Made by a program: the position numbers and the translations under genes. From a virus (Duplodnaviria > Caudoviricetes): 64,000 bases of DNA. Below the pieces are notes generated by a model, which saw only the letters and a program-made list of their open reading frames with translations, did not search any database and was not told the DNA's origin. Of this stretch, positions 59,619 through 64,000 are shown piece by piece (within the stretch, counting starts at the first letter, position 1; each line of letters opens with the position of its first letter). Location: IMG/VR virus record IMGVR_UViG_3300037400_001617; one strand, 5' to 3'.

Positions 59619-60575
59619 TTAAGCAAAATCTCTACGGTTCATGTATACGCTTAATGAACCTACACCATTGTGTTGATATCTATACATTCCTGCTTTTAAA
59701 GGAACGATTATGTTGCTCCTATAACGTATACATCCTTTTATCTCTCCACGTCCTATTGTATGAGTTTCACCTTGTGCATCGAAATCTCTAATTGCGAAGC
59801 CATTAACATCGCCGTCTGATTGCTCAAGCGTAAAATCTACACTATACCAACCATCTTTCTCAACAGTAAAATCTAAATATGTAGCAGGATTAGCAGAAGT
59901 TCTTGTATTTGACCATGAATACAAATTGTAATTTGTCTCTTGTCCTACATAACCTACTAAAGAGTCTGCGAAATCAGTAGGAACAGCAACTTGTTTTGCT
60001 TTGATGATGTAGTTTAATCTTACGTTTGCAGGTCTTGTTTCACCATTATTAGTATAAACATTATTTCCGTTTATATCAATCGAAGCATCAGAATGTGAGG
60101 CATCAAATGTCACTACTTTACAAGCAGAGGTACTTTGCTGTCCCGTATATACTGCACCTTTTGCTTCTGAACCTATAAGAGCACCGTTGAAACTATTTGT
60201 TGATGAACTGAAACCCATTACACCAAATGTACCACTCTTATTATCAATCTTACCTGTGATGTTAGGCAATTGAGCTGACTGTGATGCACCTAAAGCACCG
60301 TTCGTTCCTGCACCCATAACGGCTTTATCTCTCAAATCTGGTACATTAAAGGTAGTAGAACCATCACCTGTACCAAATGCTGTTCCGATAGCAGCAAACA
60401 GATCTGCATAAGTTGTTCTACTTACCGCTTGTCCTTGACACAGAAGCCAACCTGACGGAGCAGTAGTACCACCATATGCTTGAATAGAACCAATCGGAGC
60501 ATCAGCATAAAGCGTTTCTTTAGCAACAATAGGAACTAACTCTCCTGTATCTTTATTATAATAACTTACACTCAT
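59619..60575 (-). CDS. tail fibre protein with a tail-collar domain
   Basis: PIGSIQAYGGTTAPSGWLLCQGQAVSRTTYADLFAAIGT...FNVPDLR and ETRPANVRLNYIIKA are the classic collar domain. Confidence 0.9.
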   Translation of the reverse strand: MSVSYYNKDTGELVPIVAKETLYADAPIGSIQAYGGTTAPSGWLLCQGQAVSRTTYADLFAAIGTAFGTGDGSTTFNVPDLRDKAVMGAGTNGALGASQSAQLPNITGKIDNKSGTFGVMGFSSSTNSFNGALIGSEAKGAVYTGQQSTSACKVVTFDASHSDASIDINGNNVYTNNGETRPANVRLNYIIKAKQVAVPTDFADSLVGYVGQETNYNLYSWSNTRTSANPATYLDFTVEKDGWYSVDFTLEQSDGDVNGFAIRDFDAQGETHTIGRGEIKGCIRYRSNIIVPLKAGMYRYQHNGVGSLSVYMNRRDFA

Positions 60576-60589
60576 AATCTCACCTCCGC

Positions 60590-63334
60590 TTATTCATCTG
60601 TCAAGTATATAATGCTGTAAGTTGTTTCGGTGGCTGTTGAACAGTACACCCTCAACGTAGAGTCTGTTATCCTCGCACTCTGAGTAGCCGAATTTAACGC
60701 AGTTCCAAGTGCTGAATTAGTAGTACCATTACTTATTGGTACAGGGGCTTTCGTAATAATATCTCTAAAACCATTAGAGCCAGATACTTTAGGTACATAA
60801 CCATTTATCACCACAATTTGTCCACACTTCATAACTTTCGCTGTACCAAGAGCCACAATACATTGTGAAGTAATATCAATGAACTTGTCATTAGGGTTTG
60901 TATCATCTATGATATTGACAATGGTATACATAGCCTTCTCGTCAACAGTTAGAGCGTTCCATTCGAATTGTGTACCTGTGAAAGTGTTTGGTTTCTTACT
61001 TACATCTGGAACGTCGTCATACTTCGCAAGTCGTTCTGTCTTCTGATTTATAGTGTCTCCTGCATAGTAGAGGGTGATTTTGAAGTAAAAGACTGTAAAC
61101 GCATCATATTCTGTAGCTTCATGCAACACCTCATCATTATACATGATCTTATGATAACAATGAAGTTCATCAGAAAATTTATATATGATTTTGTTTACAC
61201 GCTTGTATTCTGAGCTGATTTTAACATAAATCTCCAAGTCAGTAGTCCATTCTCTTGTGAGAACTCCGTCTACTGTATCTTCTGTATAGGTGAAACCTTC
61301 CGATGCAAGGATCATTTGATCAGGGGATTGATTGAAAACAGTCGAAAAGACTGAGGTTAACCTGTAGATGATATTCTCGATGTTAGTTGTAGGAAGTTCA
61401 TTGACATCCTTGATTGTAATAGAACCGCCACTACCAAGTTCTCTCCATGAGTATGTGGGAGTCTCTTCTCCGTCGCTTATACACTCGTAGAAACTACCCT
61501 TACTATAGTCGACATTTGTGTTGCCGATATACTGATATACTTTACCCAGATTCTCTTTTGAGGGAGTTGGAAGTATATTCTTTTGTGTAATGTTTCTGAG
61601 AACGTCGCTATAGAGAGCAAGTCTAGTTTTATCACCATTGTTATTGACAGCTATAAGCTTAGTGTCGTTCTTATCGGCAGAATCTTGTGCCGTAGCGTAT
61701 CTGAAGTTGCTACCAAAGAAGCTAACTTTTACTTTTCCGTTACAGTATACACTTATCTCTGGATTGACGCCACTCATTCTTAGATCCATTTTATCGCACA
61801 GATCTTTAGTGGATATGTACTCTTCTAACGATGAACTGCCGCTTATACGCAAGAGAGTATAATTGTTCGGGAAGCTGATCCAGTATTGTGATGGGTCGCT
61901 TTCTTTCGGTGTTACTGTGAATCCAGAGGACTCTAAAGATGCTTTAACAGTTTCGATAGATGTCCAATTGATAATCACATCGGTATACAAGTTTTCCTGA
62001 TAGAAACCGCTAGTAGCATCCTCTGGAGTTCTTACAACTCTAGACAGAATAGATGATTTGTATTCATCATATGAGAGAAGTTTGAAACTTGTAGCTGAGT
62101 CACTTTGGCAAAGATATGGTGTTGGTGTTTCCGTGATAAGGTCAAGAGTGATAGTTGGAGCATCTTCAGATTTGATTACATTGTTTGCGGTATCGTATAT
62201 AGTGAGCGTAACATTGTTACCTATATATACATCTATCCTACCTACACGTTTACTCCTATCAGAAGTCTGATAAACTTCTTTGGAAGAAGTCTGTACAATA
62301 ACATAGTACTCAGTCGAATACTCGAAAGTGAAGTTGTTCTTGCGAGCATAATCGACTATATCGTACAGATAGTGATCTTTTGTTGTATCGAACACTAAAG
62401 AGTCGTTAGTAAAGGTAGTACAGTATACCTTATTTTTACGATCTGCAGGTATCGGAAGAGTATCATCATCATAGATTACAGCATCGGCTTCAAGTGTCTC
62501 CAGATCACTATAGAGTACCATACGTGCAAGAGATTGACTGGCCTTATCTCCAAGATACATGAGCTCTTCTTTATAGCGAAGAGGGATATCTTCCTGTGAT
62601 GATATAGTCAGCTCTTCATCAGCAAGTTTAGCGATAAACTTATCACCCACAATGCTTGCAGATTTTCTTATGTAGAACTTGCTTATCGTCTTATACTGAT
62701 CTGTCAATTCATCATGATACTCAATGTCTCTGAATCTGAATACAGCTTCATAGTAACCTTCATGATCAGGTTCATCTGGGTCACTTACAACGAAGCCTTT
62801 CTCCGTCATGTGCTGCATTGCAGCGTTTACATTATCACCGTTCATAATGGAACCGTCGATGACAAGTTCTTTGTATTGACTACTTTGTATTCTATAGATG
62901 TAATCGTCTATAGAACCGTATTCGGGGAGAGCATCTACAAAGAGTATTGCAGTAGTCTTACATACATAGAGACCGTCTGTCTTCTGTTCGAGAACGTTGT
63001 CCTCTTCTTCAGAGATATCAGCATTACTCTTCTGTACAGTCTTCTCTACCCATTTGTATGCTGCTCCTTCGATTATACATTCGTAGAAGTATCCATTGAT
63101 ATAATCATCGGTAGTTTCTCCGATGTATTGATATATCTTACCGAACTGTGCTTCTGAAGGTTCTGGGATTTCTGCCACTTGGATAGAAGCTCCACTAGTA
63201 CCTTCTAAAGCTTCCTCTACAGATCTACCATCTGCCAGCCAAACATCGCATGCCAATGCGGTAGGGAATCCGCCCTTGACAGGTTCGTCGCCAGAGTTGT
63301 TAGGTCTAAGAGTATCAGCAACTTTAACAGCCAT
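60590..63334 (-). CDS. modular tail fibre/adhesin-like protein
   Basis: 914 aa with a duplicated GK[IV]YQYIG...Y..G.FYECI module and an FTGTQFEWNAL motif; located in the fibre cluster. Confidence 0.6.
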   Translation of the reverse strand: MAVKVADTLRPNNSGDEPVKGGFPTALACDVWLADGRSVEEALEGTSGASIQVAEIPEPSEAQFGKIYQYIGETTDDYINGYFYECIIEGAAYKWVEKTVQKSNADISEEEDNVLEQKTDGLYVCKTTAILFVDALPEYGSIDDYIYRIQSSQYKELVIDGSIMNGDNVNAAMQHMTEKGFVVSDPDEPDHEGYYEAVFRFRDIEYHDELTDQYKTISKFYIRKSASIVGDKFIAKLADEELTISSQEDIPLRYKEELMYLGDKASQSLARMVLYSDLETLEADAVIYDDDTLPIPADRKNKVYCTTFTNDSLVFDTTKDHYLYDIVDYARKNNFTFEYSTEYYVIVQTSSKEVYQTSDRSKRVGRIDVYIGNNVTLTIYDTANNVIKSEDAPTITLDLITETPTPYLCQSDSATSFKLLSYDEYKSSILSRVVRTPEDATSGFYQENLYTDVIINWTSIETVKASLESSGFTVTPKESDPSQYWISFPNNYTLLRISGSSSLEEYISTKDLCDKMDLRMSGVNPEISVYCNGKVKVSFFGSNFRYATAQDSADKNDTKLIAVNNNGDKTRLALYSDVLRNITQKNILPTPSKENLGKVYQYIGNTNVDYSKGSFYECISDGEETPTYSWRELGSGGSITIKDVNELPTTNIENIIYRLTSVFSTVFNQSPDQMILASEGFTYTEDTVDGVLTREWTTDLEIYVKISSEYKRVNKIIYKFSDELHCYHKIMYNDEVLHEATEYDAFTVFYFKITLYYAGDTINQKTERLAKYDDVPDVSKKPNTFTGTQFEWNALTVDEKAMYTIVNIIDDTNPNDKFIDITSQCIVALGTAKVMKCGQIVVINGYVPKVSGSNGFRDIITKAPVPISNGTTNSALGTALNSATQSARITDSTLRVYCSTATETTYSIIYLTDE

Positions 63335-63352
63335 TATATATTTCCTCCTCTC

Positions 63353-64000
63353 TTACTTGATCTCTGCGGTGAACGATCCCAGAGACTTCTGCTTGAATCT
63401 TACAACACTATATGTGGTTGTATAACCACTAGCATTAGTAAAGATAACAGATCCGAGATTTTCGAGGTCTGTATTGAATCCGTTTACCCACGCTGAGGAA
63501 GGTTTCATACCGCTAGGAGTAGCGATATAACCATATTCATTATTCTCAACGTTGAAGTTGTATGTTCCCTTGTTATTGCTAGCAAGCTTACTGTTAGACA
63601 ATCCAAGAATGAATGCACTATCGTATGTAGACTGACTAGCAGCACTACCCCAATAGATCTTATTCTTGAATGAGATAGACTTACTTGCTGTTGCAGTTTT
63701 CTCTCCATCTCCGATAGTAAGAGTGAATGTCTTGTTAGCAGAGATATTCGAAGTATATGAAGCGGTTCTATCGTCCACATCTATGGTACAGTCTGTAAGG
63801 CTCTGCTGAGTGATATCCTTATTGACAGCCCATGTGAATGTAACGCCGCCTGTGATAGTCTGACCCATCTCATACTCTGTAGCAGATGGAGTCATATTGA
63901 AAGAAGTAATCTTGGGTTCTACATAGTATAACTTTGAGAGAATAGAATCAAGTGCTATCTTTACATTGGTGTATGTAGGGAAGCCCTCATTATCGTAGGA
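63353..64000 (-). CDS. virion structural protein, C-terminal part (Ig-like, truncated by the window edge)
   Basis: Frame is open from 64000 (SYDNEGFPTYTNVKIALDSILSKLYYVEPKITSFNMTPS...) to the stop at 63353; beta-rich. Confidence 0.55.
   Translation of the reverse strand, partial: SYDNEGFPTYTNVKIALDSILSKLYYVEPKITSFNMTPSATEYEMGQTITGGVTFTWAVNKDITQQSLTDCTIDVDDRTASYTSNISANKTFTLTIGDGEKTATASKSISFKNKIYWGSAASQSTYDSAFILGLSNSKLASNNKGTYNFNVENNEYGYIATPSGMKPSSAWVNGFNTDLENLGSVIFTNASGYTTTYSVVRFKQKSLGSFTAEIK

Noticed and set aside
59619-63334. Diversity-generating retroelement or invertible cassette acting on the tail fibres
   Set aside because: No reverse transcriptase, invertase or adenine-variant repeat pair visible in this window.
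1-64000. CRISPR array, tRNA or rRNA genes
   Set aside because: No regularly spaced direct repeats or cloverleaf/T-loop signatures seen in the short intergenic regions. Checked by eye only.
1-64000. Stop-codon reassignment, as in some large gut phages
   Set aside because: The standard code gives long intact genes and dense coding; TAG and TGA both end genes at sensible positions.

Overview
This is a 64-kb segment of a large myovirus (jumbo phage) of the phiKZ/AR9-PBS1 type. The host is probably an anaerobic Firmicute, based on strong AGGAGG ribosome-binding sites, a Clostridia-like class III ribonucleotide reductase and cell-wall hydrolase domains. Virion genes include the major capsid, portal, tail sheath, tail tube, a 4455-aa tape measure with three C-terminal hydrolase domains, and tail fibres. 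Other genes include a beta'-like subunit of a split multisubunit RNA polymerase, an SF2 helicase and a RusA-like resolvase. nrdD is interrupted by both a group I intron (with a LAGLIDADG endonuclease) and a mini-intein. A family B DNA polymerase is split into two genes about 27 kb apart. Best finding: both polymerase half-genes carry a near-identical ~56-nt leader (same promoter, same 8-bp hairpin with a conserved 11-nt loop just before the SD), a candidate system for co-regulating the two subunits. Also notable are 16 copies of an AR9-like late promoter (AAC[ACT]-N6-TAA), a TATA[TC]TAT early-type motif, and a candidate ~140-nt anti-Shine-Dalgarno small RNA. All protein calls rest on motif recognition by eye; no database searches were run.
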